Below, piece by piece: positions 1 through 12,094 of a stretch of DNA of 64,000 bases. How positions within the stretch are numbered: the first letter of the stretch is position 1; each line of letters opens with the position of its first letter. The notes beneath the pieces are model-generated. The model made no database searches and was not told the DNA's origin. It saw nothing but the letters and a program-made list of their open reading frames with translations. The translations under genes were made by a program, and so were the position numbers. The DNA comes from Octopus sinensis. Its lineage: Eukaryota. Location: NCBI RefSeq assembly GCF_006345805.1, contig NC_043000.1, forward strand, positions 5,146,001 through 5,210,000, given 5' to 3'.

Positions 1-879
1 CAGCACAATGTGATCTTGAGGAAAACACTTCATTTCATATTTACTCCAAGCCATTCTGCTGTAAATAAGTAACCCTGCAATGAACTGGCAGCCTGTCCTA
101 GAAAGGATGTTGTGATCTTGGTCACTTTTACATCATGGAAACCTGGTAATCTGCCCTATGAGTCCCAGAACTCAAGACAGAAATATTCAGAGGACTCACA
201 TATTTTCACAAGAATTCTCACTTTTGTATGCATGACATTGTTGAAGTAGAGTTGGGTAGAGTTTTGCCAGATAAATTTCATAAAATTGAGAACCCAAAAT
301 TTTCAAAAAGTAATGAATTATGTTCAAAAGCATCACAAAATGGAAATGTTTTATGGTGGCTTAGAAAGAATATATTGTATTTTGTAATATGGAAGATACA
401 CTTTTTTGTAAAAAAATATTACATTGAAAATTACCATGATGCTAGTTGAGAAGTTGTTGCTATGGTTTTCTGAAATTAAGGGAGTATTGTCAGAAGTTAC
501 AGTCTAGCACCCAACTATGATTGCTTGGCATCAAAATGAGTTGGTTGAAATATGTGCAGCGGAAAGGAAGAGTATGGTACTTTGGACAAGTGATGTAAAT
601 GGACCTATATGGGCAAAGTGTAAAGCAGTTAAAATAAAAGTTGGAAGAAGTGGTAGGGTTCAGGTCTGAGGGTGATGTGTTTTGCTAAAGAGTTATGGTG
701 ATATAAATCAATTGCAGATCCATCCATCCCAATTTAATACAGAAAAACAATGAAAATGGTCTGGTAATAATGGACTTTAGTTAATAAGATTTGAACTCAT
801 AACAACATGGTCAGTAAAACAGTGTCTTATCTTTATAGTTTTTGAATTGCATCATTGAAAAACAAAAAAAAAAGGATCA

Positions 880-1110
880 AAGTCCTTTTTGAGGCATAGA
901 CTCATAAGGCCAATTTCCAGAATTCTGCAGTATTTATTTTCCTCCTGGATGGGTTGCCAGTCCACTGTAGGCTTACTCATTTTTGCCAGATGAGGTGACT
1001 AGAGCATTGTGAAATGAAGTGTTTTGCTCAAGAACACAATGCAGAAATTGAAACTATAACCTTACAATCATGAAGGCAACACCCTAACCCCTAACATGTG
1101 CCTCCACAAT
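880..1110 (-). mobile_element. tRNA-derived SINE family D (diverged)
   Basis: Reverse complement of the GTGTTCTTGAGCAAAACACTTCATTTCACAATGCTC core shared with copies at 13.0, 37.3, 58.5 and 61.1 kb. Confidence 0.65.
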
Positions 1111-1507
1111 GCATATTTTGTAAACACAAATATCAAAATTCTTTGAACCATCATAGAATTAGGGCAAATATGCAAAAGTGGGGAAAATGAGTGTATAGTG
1201 ATGATGAAAGAGAAAGGAATCTAATCTTTGGAATAGATCAAGGGGTGGTGGCATGTGATAAAAATAAAATAAAATGAAAAGCTTGACCTCAAAGAGTAAA
1301 ATATATTCTCTGTGTGCATATTGCTAATTAAAATTTGGAAGTCATGTCAGCGTATCAAAACCATGACATCATCAAGTATATCTGAATGAGTATGATTCAT
1401 TACAAGTAATTAATGACCATTCTTTAATGTTATCGTGGTTATCATAGGTTAGAGAGAGAGGAAATGAAAGAGGAAAAAGAAACCCTTCTATAATAAGCAG
1501 AAGAATG

Positions 1508-1960
1508 CTTGTGTGGTTAGGAAGCTTCACTTTGCAGCCACATGGTTTTAGGTTCAGTCCCATTGTGCAGCACCTTTAGTATGCGTCTTCCACTGTAGCC
1601 TTGTGCTGACTGATGCCTTGTGAGTGAATTTGGCAGCTGGAATTTGGTAGCTGGTTTTAAGGGGATCACAAAAGGCCCAACCTTCCAAGTTCTTTTACAA
1701 GGTTTAGAAAAACTGAAGGACTGCAGTGATAAGGACATGAATCTGAAAGGGGAATATGCTGAATATAATCATAATTAACTGATCCCCTTGTATTTTCTTT
1801 TATCCAAAGCCAGAAACTTTTCAGCACCCTCTTGTATATATGTGTACACATGTGTCTTGATGTCTGTGTTTGTTCCCGCTACTACCACCACTCGACAACC
1901 GGTGTTGGTTTGTTTACATCTCCATAGCTTAGTGGTCTGGCATAGTGGCCAATAGAATCA
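1508..1960 (+). mobile_element. SINE family A copy, interrupted by a mariner-type MITE
   Basis: 5' head TGTGTGGTTAGGAAGCTT...GGTTCAGTCCC and 3' half GACAACCGGTGTTGG, separated by the MITE at 1651-1834. Confidence 0.65.
1651..1834 (+). mobile_element. Mariner-type MITE, left TIR truncated
   Basis: Aligns to the reverse complement of the 45822-46028 MITE; ends AAAGCCAGAAACTTTTCAGCACCCTC then TA. Confidence 0.7.
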
Positions 1961-1963
1961 GTA

Positions 1964-2165
1964 CATCATCATTGTTTAACTTCTGTTTTCCATGATGGCA
2001 TGGGTTGGATGGTTTGACTGAGGTCTGGAGAGCCAGCAGCTGCACCAGGCTCCAGTCTGATCTGGCAATATTTCTACAGCTGGATGCCCTTCCTAACGAC
2101 AATCACTCCAAGGGTGTAGTGGGTGCTCTTTTACATGCCACTGGCACAGGAGCCAGTCAAGCAAG
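1964..2165 (-). mobile_element. Family B retroposon 3' fragment with (GAT)n tail
   Basis: Reverse complement of AGGAAGGGCATCCAGCTGTAGAAA...CCAACCCATGC...GTTAAAC(GAT)n. Confidence 0.8.
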
Positions 2166-2382
2166 CTTGGCATCATTCAGTTGGCATCAACTGGTACTTA
2201 TTTTATCAATTCCAAAAGGATGAAAGGCAAAGTTGACCTTGGAAGAATTTGAACTCAGAACATAGCGACAGGCAAAATACTGCTAAGCATTTCGTCCAGT
2301 GCATTAATGATTCAGCCAGCTCGCCACCTTACTAAATAACAATAATAATAATAATAAAAAAAATAATAATGATAATTATAGT

Positions 2383-2810
2383 GGCGCAGGAGTGGCTGTT
2401 TGGTAAGTAGCTTGCTAACCAACCACATGGTTCCGGGTTCAGTCCCACTGCGTGGCATCTTAGGCAAGTGTCTTCTGCTATAGCCCCAGGCCGACCAATG
2501 CCTTGTGAGTGGATTTGGTAGACGGAAACTGAAAGAAGCCTGTCGTATATATGTATATATATATATATGTTTGTGTGAATATGTTTGTGTGTCTGTGTTT
2601 GTTCCCCTAGTATTGCTTGACAACCGATGCTGGTGTGTTTACGTCCCCGTCACTTAGCAGTTCGGCAAAAGAGACCGATAGAATAAGTACTGGGCTTACA
2701 AAAGAATAAGTCCCGGGTTCGATTTGCTCGACTAAAGGCGGTGCTCCAGCATGGCCGCAGTCAAATGACTGAAACAAGTAATAAGAGTAAAAAAAAGAGT
2801 AAAAAAGAGT
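2383..2810 (+). mobile_element. Full-length tRNA-derived SINE family A
   Basis: A-box-like TGGCTGTTTGG, B-box-like GGTTCAGTCCC, central (TA/TG)n, tail GCAGTCAAATGACTGAAACAAGTA plus (AAAAGAGT)n; more than 20 full or partial copies in the window. Confidence 0.9.
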
Positions 2811-2992
2811 ATAGTTTTAAAATTATTGCAGAAGGTCAGCAACTTGAGTAGGTAGGGGTTGTTTAGTTGATTATATGACCCCCGCAAAAGTATGAATGTC
2901 GAAGTTGACCTTGGTGGGATATGAACTCAGAAAAATAAAGAGCTGAAGGAAATGCTGCTGTGAGCAATTTTTTCTGATGTGCTAATGATTCA

Positions 2993-3247
2993 GCCAACTC
3001 ACTACCTTAACAAGAAGAAGAAAAAGAACAATAACAACAATAATAATAATAATAATAATACTAATAATATTATAATTAATAATAACAATAATAATGGGTC
3101 GATTCAATTGATTATGCCAACTCACTACCTTAACAAGAAGAAGAAGAAGAACAACAACAACAACAACAATAATAATAATAATAATAATACTAATAATATT
3201 ATTATTAATAATAACAATAATAATGGGTCGATTCAATTGATTATGCC
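2993..3247. repeat. Local tandem duplication, about 125 bp x2, containing AAG/AAC/AAT tracts
   Basis: GCCAACTCACTACCTTAAC...GGGTCGATTCAATTGATTATGCC present twice head to tail. Confidence 0.9.
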
Positions 3248-3343
3248 CCCCTCCTCTCTACCTTTGTCACCTTGTACCAATGTAAGAAATCAATATTATA
3301 AATCAAGTCATGAAATAATTGCTGAAGATTTAAACAATAAAGA

Positions 3344-3383
<40 letters not shown>

Positions 3384-3520
3384 ACTCTATTTCTTTCTCT
3401 CCTTTCCTCTCTCTCTCTCTCTCTCTCTCTCTTTTTCACTCAGATGCACACACACGCACACATGCATACACACACACATGCATACACACACACACACACA
3501 CATGCATACACACACACATG

Positions 3521-3563
<43 letters not shown>

Positions 3564-3770
3564 TGCTGTGTTAATAGAAACAGACACCCAAACATATTGA
3601 TTCAGTTCCTGATTTGTTAATTTAATTTCAAAGTGTTAAATAAAGATTTAGGATTTCATAGGGAAAAAATTATATTATATAACCACTAGAAATAACATTT
3701 CGAAAAATTTCCACACTGCTTCATTTAGCTGAAGCAACAAATATAATCTTCATTGCCATTATGTCATCTC

Positions 3771-3817
<47 letters not shown>

Positions 3818-3874
3818 ACTATGGCAATATGGTAGAGTACTATTATTAGATCTTGTTTACAATTTATTTATTTA

Positions 3875-4070
3875 TCATCATCATCGTTTAACGTCTGTTT
3901 TCCATGCTAGCATAGGTTGGACGGTTCAACAGGGGTCTGGGAAGCCATGAAGCTGCACCAGGCTCCAGTCCGATCTGGCAGTATTTCTACACACGCCAAC
4001 CACTACGTGAGTGTAGTGGGTGCTTTTTACGTGCCAGGCGAGGTTGGCAGTGGCCATGATCGGTTGGTGC
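3875..4070 (-). mobile_element. Family B retroposon fragment
   Basis: (CAT)n then CGTTTAACGTCTGTTTTCCATGCTAGCAT, same family as 6585-6910. Confidence 0.8.
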
Positions 4071-4356
4071 TTAAAATAAAATAAAACGAAAGAGAGACAG
4101 TGAAAGAGAGAGAGAAAGAGGACATAATTATTGTGAGATTAAGTTACTGGACAGCTGATTGCCTGGTCAAGAGATGAAACCTCACCACTGTCTATGATGT
4201 TCCATTGGGCAAGATATAGTTGTATTACTCTTTCGTTTTCTTCAATTTGCCTAACTGACAGAATATAAAAAAAAAGTGGGGTCCATGTCATTTTCACATC
4301 AGAGAGGTTACTCTTTTACTCTTTTACGTGCTTCAGTCGTAACATATACATATATA

Positions 4357-4512
4357 TGACGGGCTTCTTTCAGTTTCTGTCTACCAAATCCACTCACAGG
4401 TCAGCCTGAGGCTATAGTAGAAGACACTTGCCCAAGATGCCACACAGTGGGACTGAACCTGGAACCATGTGGTTGGTAAGCAAGCGACTTACCACACAGC
4501 CACTCCTACACC
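4357..4512 (-). mobile_element. SINE family A 5' half
   Basis: Reverse complement of the family A head and body up to GAAAGAAGCCCGTC. Confidence 0.85.
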
Positions 4513-4599
4513 TGTTAAATTTTAACAAAATATCTTATATGAACCCCCATGGGCCATATGGACTCTGGTTAAGAACCACTGCTCTACACAGTCATCCAA

Positions 4600-5900
4600 T
4601 CCATTTGGAGACCATTTGTTTGTTCTGTTATTAAGGACAAATTGCCAAACACAGAAGACAGTGTTAGCTATGTCTAGAGATTTGATCAAATGAAGAGACA
4701 TTTCAGAAATATGTTTAAATGAATATGATATTGTAATATGAGATGTTAGTCTTCTTGGTATTGTGTTCAAATCAAATAAAGACACACCATTGGTTATTTG
4801 AGCTGTACAGTACACATAATTCTACAGATGCCTTATAGTTCTCCTATCTGTTACAGAAGAAATACCTTGATCATGTGGGAATGTTACCCAAGATAGAGAT
4901 ATTTCTCATCCTAATATAAAGCTATGCAACTGAGGACTAAGCATCTACCATTAAAAGCACTTAGGGGCTTAAGAAATATTAGCATTTCACAAATGTTAAA
5001 GTACAAGCTAACCTTATAAAATAAAGATTAAATGTTGACCTAGGCTAACGTTACATTGAGCGAGATGATTGATGGCTACCATTATTATTGCTGCTGAGTA
5101 GTTCTTATTATCACTGCTTCAGTAAATATTTGGCACTGATATGTTCCACAGATGAAGTATTCAATGAATATGTCTTGTTACAATCATCAATCTTAACTGT
5201 AGAACACGATGTCCTGAAATTAACGACCTAAATCACAGTCTTCATTATAACGATGACATTGAGTTTGTTGAAGGCATTCACTGGAAATTCTTTTGGAATA
5301 TTTTCTCGAAGGGTGACTTTAATACCATAAGTCTTCTCAAAGAGAGTAACCTATGTGATTAAACAACAACAAGTCTAAATATTAACAGAGCAAGTCAGAC
5401 AAGAACGAGAGACAATAAGTAGTTGGCAAATGCTAATTCCTCTAAAGGCAATACCAAAAATATGATTAAGCTTATAAAAGATAAATATAACCATGGGTAG
5501 GTTGCTGCTCAACTCATTATAGGTAACATACCCAAATGTTGGTACCTATTCTCAATGACGAAGGGAATTAAGTCCACAGAATTTAGCAGACTACCTCAAA
5601 ACAAACAAGAAATTTCTTCAGTAGATTTAACCCTGTAGCATTACTCTATGTAGAAATTACTCTATCAAATGTAAGGCTTTATTAAATATAAGTTATTTAA
5701 GTAGAGAGTGATATCACTTAACAAGAGATTAGAGGTAGAGTCTAATTACTGTCAATAGAAAATGTTCCTTCTGGACTGTTTCCAGACAACTGAAAGTCCA
5801 AAGCTTATTTATTGATATTCAAAAGAATCAGATTTAGAAAGATGACAATAAGTCTGGGGAGGGTAGGTTTCTTTTACACTATAGGAGTTAAACCAGTTAT
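4600..5900 (-). pseudogene. Heavily decayed LINE ORF2 (reverse transcriptase region, CR1/Jockey-like)
   Basis: ORF 4522-4815 contains IKSLDIANTVFCVWQ, resembling the RT motif IALDISKAFDRVWH; upstream is multiply disrupted, so extent is approximate. Confidence 0.45.
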
Positions 5901-6584
5901 ACATTTGGCCTGCCAGGTATTCAACCTCATGACCCGTTTTGACCAATGGGAACTTGATTTGCTAATTTAGTGTATTGCAGACACAGCTTCATTCACCATG
6001 TATTGTCAGACTGTTCGCATACATATCTTATGTGTGTTCTGTGAGACTCTAAGAAATTCTCAATGAATTTAATCAGTCTGCCTTAGTAAGCTCTGTCTGA
6101 CCCATACAAATACAGGAAAGTAGATTTTAAAACAATCACAATGATGAAACAATGATAACGATGATGATGCTGATGGACCATGTCTCTAAAAAGCATTGGA
6201 GCCTCATTAAAAGAATTGGTGCCACATAAAAAGCACCCTGTAAATTGGTTGGTGTTAAGAAGGGCATCCAGCCGTAGAAACTAGGCCAAAGCGGGCAATG
6301 GAGCCTTCTCAACCATCCAACCCATGCCAGCATGGTAGAAGGACATTAAATAGGGATGATGGTGATGATGATGATGATGATATATATCATACATCCTCCT
6401 CCGCATCATATATATGTATATATATATATTCTAAAGGCGGTGCTCCAGCATGGCCGCAGTCAAATGACTGAAACAAATAAAAGAGTATATGTATATGTAC
6501 GTATGTATGTATGAGGCAAGTGAAAATGGACAAAATGGACAAAATCAAAAGCAAACTCGATGAACATTAATGGAATTTGTAGTT

Positions 6585-6908
6585 TTGTGGTACCAGTGCC
6601 GGTGGCACATACGAAAACCATCCGAACGTGGCCGTAGCCAGTACCGTATTGACTGGCCTCCGTGCCGGTGGCACGTAAAAAACACCATCCGAGCGTGGCT
6701 GTTTGCCAGCCTCGTCTGGCACCTGTGTCGGTGGCACATAAAATCACCCACTACACTCTCGGAGTGGTTGGCGTTAGGAAGGGCATCCAGCTGTAGAAAC
6801 ACTGCCAGATCTGACTGGCCTGGTGCAGCCTTCTGGCTTCCCAGACCCCAGTTGAACCGTCCAACCCATGCTAGCATGGAAAGCGGACGTTAAACGATGA
6901 TGATGATG

Positions 6909-6910
<2 letters not shown>
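6585..6910 (+). mobile_element. Family B retroposon with internal GCCGGTGGCACGTAAAAAGCACC sub-repeats and (GAT)n tail
   Basis: Sub-repeats, conserved GGAGTGGTTGGCGTTAGGAAGGGCATCCAGC block, ends GGACGTTAAAC(GAT)n; short tandem tails are typical of RTE-clade-mobilised elements. Confidence 0.85.
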
Positions 6911-6946
<36 letters not shown>

Positions 6947-7404
6947 GTATATATATCATCATATGTGTGTGTGTGGGTGTGTAGTTAAAAGAGACACAGA
7001 AATTGGAGATAAGGAAGATAACAATTATTTATTATTAACAAGTTAGATATAAACTATATGCTTAATATATACCAATTGCTTTCAGGCAATTTCATTTCCC
7101 AACAGCACTAGGTATTGAACCAGTATTTCATGACGTTAACAATACTTTCTAGTTCCAAGATCATCTACTGACAAGGTATACTTAGCCAGTCAGTCTACTA
7201 AGATTGATAAATTGACGAATTATGAAACAGAAGACATAGTAAATACACTGGGTGGGCTGGAGTGGTAGAATGGAACTCAATCAAATATATACCTCCTCAC
7301 AAAAGAGAAGGTGGTCTTTGTGTGCCTCAAAAAGAAAATTATCACTAGTTCAATATTAATCAGTGTTCATGATAGCAATTTCCAAAATATTTAATACACA
7401 CACA

Positions 7405-7440
7405 CACATGTATGTATGTATATATGTATTATGTATACAT

Positions 7441-7501
<61 letters not shown>

Positions 7502-8379
7502 ATATATATATATATATAAATATATATATTTATGTATGCATATATATATATATATATATATAAATATATATATTTATGTATGCATATATATGTGTGTATA
7601 TAAATGTACACAAACATATATATGCATATGTGTATGTATACAAATATATATGTACATACATATGCATATGTATATGTGTATGTGCACACACACACACACA
7701 CACACAAACACGCATATATATCAAAGAGAAGAGAAAGGAAAGCATCTTTATCATGTATGGCATCTAAAGATACCTATTTGTTTATTTTCACACCTACCCC
7801 ATCCATGCAAAATCACACCCGCACGCACACACAATATGTATCTCGAGCAAAAAATATATACATAAGAGAGAGAAAGAAGTTGAGATGAGTCTGTAACTTT
7901 GTCCTTTCAGTGTTTAACCTTGAACTAAAACCAACTTCTGTCAGCTTTATTCTTGACCTTATTGATAGCGAGTTATTTTGATTAGCTCCAGAAAGAAAGT
8001 TATAGGAGAGAAACTGAGAATTAGATAGATAGCTGGATAGATAGACAGACAGACAGATCGATAGATAGAAAGATAGATAGATGGATGGATGGATGGATGG
8101 ATGGACGGACGGACGGATGGATGGATAGAAAGATATGTTTCTTTATTAGCCACACAGGGCTGCACACAGACAGGACAAAATTACAAGGTAGAGCTTTTCT
8201 TTTGGGGGTAAAAAAAAGGGGGTTTGGTTTTCGATCAAAAGGGATCGTAAAGGGAAAGAAAGAGGACAAAAAAAGGGGAGGATAAAATTTTAAAAAAAAG
8301 GGGGGGGAAGACAGATAGATGGATAGATAGATAGATAGATAAACAGATAGATAGCTAGATAGATAGATAGATAGATAGC

Positions 8380-8457
<78 letters not shown>

Positions 8458-8505
8458 GATAGATAGATAGATAGATGGATAGATAGATATGGATAGATAG
8501 ATAGA
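7405..8505. repeat. Compound microsatellite field (CA, TA, GGAT, GATA)
   Basis: Directly visible; explains the cluster of spurious Y/I/H/T ORFs. Confidence 0.95.
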
Positions 8506-9187
8506 GGATGAGTGAGAGAGACACACAGGCAGACAGAGGGGTAGTGTCTTTCATAAAAGTTACCCAGTCTATGGCTATGAAACCTACCTAGGTGTTTTAG
8601 TGTAGGTGTGTATTTTGTTTTTTGTTTTTTTCTTTTTGATTCTCCTCCTTCTGAACTGGTTCTTTCTTGTTGAGCAAATGAAGCTGTTTTCTATCACATC
8701 GCTTTTAAGTATTGAGATAATCTTCTCTTACGATGCCCTCCTCTTCACCCCCCATATGGCTATAGTCTGATGACTGGAAGCAGAAGATAATTAAAGAAAA
8801 AAAAAGCAATTATTTTGAAGAACAAGGGAAGTTCTGTAGATTTTTTTTGTTTCTTTATTGTTGGTGTTATTTTTCACCATTACTAAATTAAAATTATCAT
8901 CACAATCTGATGAGGGTTAATACAGTAGAAAATAAATTTAAACAGTTCCTGGCTGGTTGCTGCTAGAAAGGGCAAAATGGGTTGCTTGGGAACAGCCAGA
9001 AGTGGAGGGCATATGTGAGGCAGAAAGAGCCCCCACCCCTGACTCCAAAAGGCCTATCAAGTTCAGAATTTGGTAAACAGGAGATATTGTGAGATTAACA
9101 GACAAATAAGAGATAACTACAGCAGGTATGTTTAGGAAAGTGTGAAACACATTCACACAACCAGATTTATTTTTTATCCCCATAGTG

Positions 9188-9345
9188 ATAGGTGTGGCTG
9201 TGTGGTACGAAATTTGCTTCTCAACTGCATGGTTCTGAGTTCAATCTCACTGAGTGGCATCTTGGTCAGTGCCTTCTATTATAGCTCTGGACAGACCAAA
9301 ACCTTGTGAGCAAATTCTGAAGATGGAAACTGAAAGAAACCTACG
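9188..9345 (+). mobile_element. SINE family A 5' half
   Basis: GGTGTGGCTGTGTGGTACG...GGAAACTGAAAGAAACC followed by (TA)n. Confidence 0.8.
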
Positions 9346-9346
9346 G

Positions 9347-9424
<78 letters not shown>

Positions 9425-9569
9425 TATGTGTATATATATATATATAATATAAGGGATATTAGCCAACCGAATATGGCTAGGGACAGGGCAGGGTGGTGGG
9501 GGTGTCACTGTTGCATTTAGCCCCAGGCGAACATCAACGTCACCAGATAGGCCTGACGCCATCACGACG

Positions 9570-9712
9570 TCCTTTATCTTGCAAAGGGAGATCACTCACC
9601 AACAAGCCGATACCACACACGGACCTAGGTTTCAAGGTGTGTTGCCTATTATCAACGTGTGGTAGGCATCGCTTCTCGATGAACGACCAACTTTGCAAGA
9701 TACATATAAGGA
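9570..9712 (-). ncRNA. Type I hammerhead ribozyme, U3-A8 core variant, extended stem I
   Basis: CACACG-UUGAUAA-UAGG CAACACA CCUU-GAAA-C CUAG G-UC-CGUGUG; predicted cleavage between 9622 and 9621; stem I extends about 50 bp with G.U pairs. Confidence 0.8.
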
Positions 9713-9808
9713 TTCTATTATAGACAGTGACTGCTCCGTAATATAAGGGATATTAGCCAACCGAATATGGCTAGGGACAGGGCAGGGTGGTGGGGGTGTC
9801 ACTGTTGC

Positions 9809-9850
9809 CACGTTGATAATAGGCAACACACCTTGAAACCTAGGTCCGTG
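9809..9850 (+). ncRNA. Second copy of the same hammerhead, 5' arm of stem I truncated to 4 bp
   Basis: CACG-UUGAUAA-UAGGCAACACACCUU-GAAACCUAGGUC-CGUG; predicted cleavage after 9846. Confidence 0.7.
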
Positions 9851-10066
9851 TGTGGTATCGGCTTCTTGGTGAGTGATCTCCCTTTGCAAGATAAAGGACG
9901 TCGTGATGGCGTCAGGCCTATCTGGTGACGTTGATGTTCGCCTGGGGCTAAATGCAACAGTGACACCCCCACCACCCTGCCCTGTCCCTAGCCATATTCG
10001 GTTGGCTAATATCCCTTATATTACGGAGCAGTCACTGTCTATAACTCATTTAGAGATTTATTATTG

Positions 10067-10147
<81 letters not shown>

Positions 10148-10228
10148 GTATATATATACATATATAATGATGATGATGATATATATGTGTATATATATAT
10201 ATATGTATGTATGTATATATGTATATAT

Positions 10229-10386
10229 CAGGAGTGGCTGTGTGGTAAGTAGCTTGCTTACCAACCACATGGTTCCGGGTTCAGTCCCACTGCGTGGCAC
10301 CTTGGGCAAGTGTCTTCTATTATAGCCTCGGGCCGACCAAAGCCTTGTGAGTGGATTTGTTAGACGGAAACTGAAAGAAGCCCGTC

Positions 10387-10419
<33 letters not shown>

Positions 10420-10644
10420 CGTGTATGTTTGTGTGTCTGTATTTGTCCCCCTAGCATTGCTTGACAGCCGATGCTGGTATGTTTATGTCCCCGTCACTTA
10501 GCGGTTCGGCAAAAGAGACCGATAGAATAAGTACTGGGCTTACAAAGAATAAGTCCCGGGGTCGAGTTGCTCGATTAAAGGCGGTGCTCCAGCATGGCCA
10601 CAGTCAGATGACTGAAACAAGTAAAAGAATAAAGAGTAAAAGAG
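10229..10644 (+). mobile_element. Full-length SINE family A
   Basis: Near-identical to 2383-2810. Confidence 0.9.
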
Positions 10645-10674
10645 ATATATATATATATTTGTATATATATATAT

Positions 10675-10723
<49 letters not shown>

Positions 10724-10989
10724 CATAACAATCTAATGAGGATTAAATAGTCCCTGGCTGGTTGCCGTTAGAAAGGGGAAAATGGGTTGCATGGGAACAG
10801 CCAGAAGTGGAGGGCATATCTGTTTAGTTGCAGGATTCATTAGAATCCAGGTATATCAACATATAAGGCACCAGGATATTTCTGGTTTACCTGATGGTGG
10901 CAGATTTTTGCCATTATGTAATCTAAGAATGCATAAAAAAATACTACCTAAACAGCTGTTGTGAATTTTAAACCCAGCTTGTTTTCTTC

Positions 10990-11031
<42 letters not shown>

Positions 11032-11261
11032 CTTAACATATAACATCTGGTGTTGGTTTGTTTACAGCCCTTTAAGTTAGACATTTGGCAAAAGAGACCA
11101 AAAGAATAGGTACCAGTCTTTAAAAACAAGTCCAGGGATCGATTCTTTTGACTAAAACCCTTCAAGGTGTTGCCCCAACATGGTTACAATCAAATGACTG
11201 AAAAAAATAAAGCAAAACAAATAAAGAACGGGTAAAATTACTAATAGAGAAATGAAAATAA

Positions 11262-11571
11262 ACTTTGGAAACAGCAACGCCACCATAGGTTATGAGGAAA
11301 CGATGAACGAGTTTTCAAGGGAGATAATTAAAGAACGTAACATTATAAAACTTCATGTAAAGTAAATATAACAAATGATAAATCCTTCAAGAATCCATAA
11401 AAATTCCTGGAACACTACCAAAATTTCCTCATCTGTACCTTGTGTCATTACCAATTTTTCCTGCAAGTTTCATCTGCAAGTTCACAACTTTTTGAGTTAT
11501 TTTGCACACAGACGGACAGACGAAGAAACCAACACTGATGAAAACATAACCTCCTTCCTTGGCGGAGGTAA
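11262..11571 (+). mobile_element. Helentron-type non-autonomous element (HINE-like)
   Basis: 3' end ACAGACGGACAGAC...GAAAACATAACCTCCTTCCTTGGCGGAGGTAA with terminal ACCTCC/GGAGGT hairpin; 5' boundary uncertain. Confidence 0.6.
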
Positions 11572-12094
11572 AAAGTCAATAACCTAACAGAAGTTCTTCA
11601 AGTTGATTGATTTCTCTAGTCTGTAAAGGCCTGATAAGTCCGTAAAGACCTGATCTCTCTCGTCTGTAAAGACCTGTGATCAACATTAAGCTTCATCATC
11701 TTACCAACTAAATAATTAAAGAGCCATAAAACAGCTAAACCAAAACATTTGTGTTTTCTACCCCCAGAGCTCTACCCTCAAACTCTGCAATCTGAGTTCA
11801 AATGCAGCTGAAGTTAACCTCGCCTTTCATCATTTTGGGAAGGTCAATAAAAAGGAGACCATTTCAAGGTGATGGTTTGGAGGAATTGTTCGAGTGTCAG
11901 ATGGATGCCTTGTGATCTCTGTTCTCATTTCATGCATTCTGGATTCAAATATCATGCCTTCTGCAACATTGCTGAAAAATGGTGACGCTTCTACTGGAGT
12001 AGGGACTGGTTGATAATATCAAGAATTTGGGGGGAAAAAAATAAATAATGGAAATTATAGTTTCTTTGTTTTCATGGAAGACTGACTACCATTA

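Larger units (their letters stand above)
9445..10066. mobile_element. Non-coding HHR-bearing element: 294-bp-period partial tandem plus inverted copy (Penelope pLTR-like or retrozyme-like)
   Basis: 9445-9514 repeats at 9739-9808; 9809-10023 is the reverse complement of 9445-9659 (1 mismatch seen); 9718-9808 and 9954-10044 are 91-bp inverted repeats; (TA)n on both sides. Confidence 0.8.

Noticed and set aside
228-720. ORF 228-449 and downstream purine-rich sequence as gene or LINE remnant
   Set aside because: No motif could be aligned with confidence.
2740-2790. SINE A tail CAGTC-AAAT-GACTG-GAAAC-AA-GTA looks like half a hammerhead
   Set aside because: No CUGANGA core or stem I; better explained as the LINE-recognised stem-loop.
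2979-3620. 213-aa ORF, the longest in the track
   Set aside because: Made of a tandem duplication of AAT/AAG repeats plus CT and CA microsatellites; no domain content.
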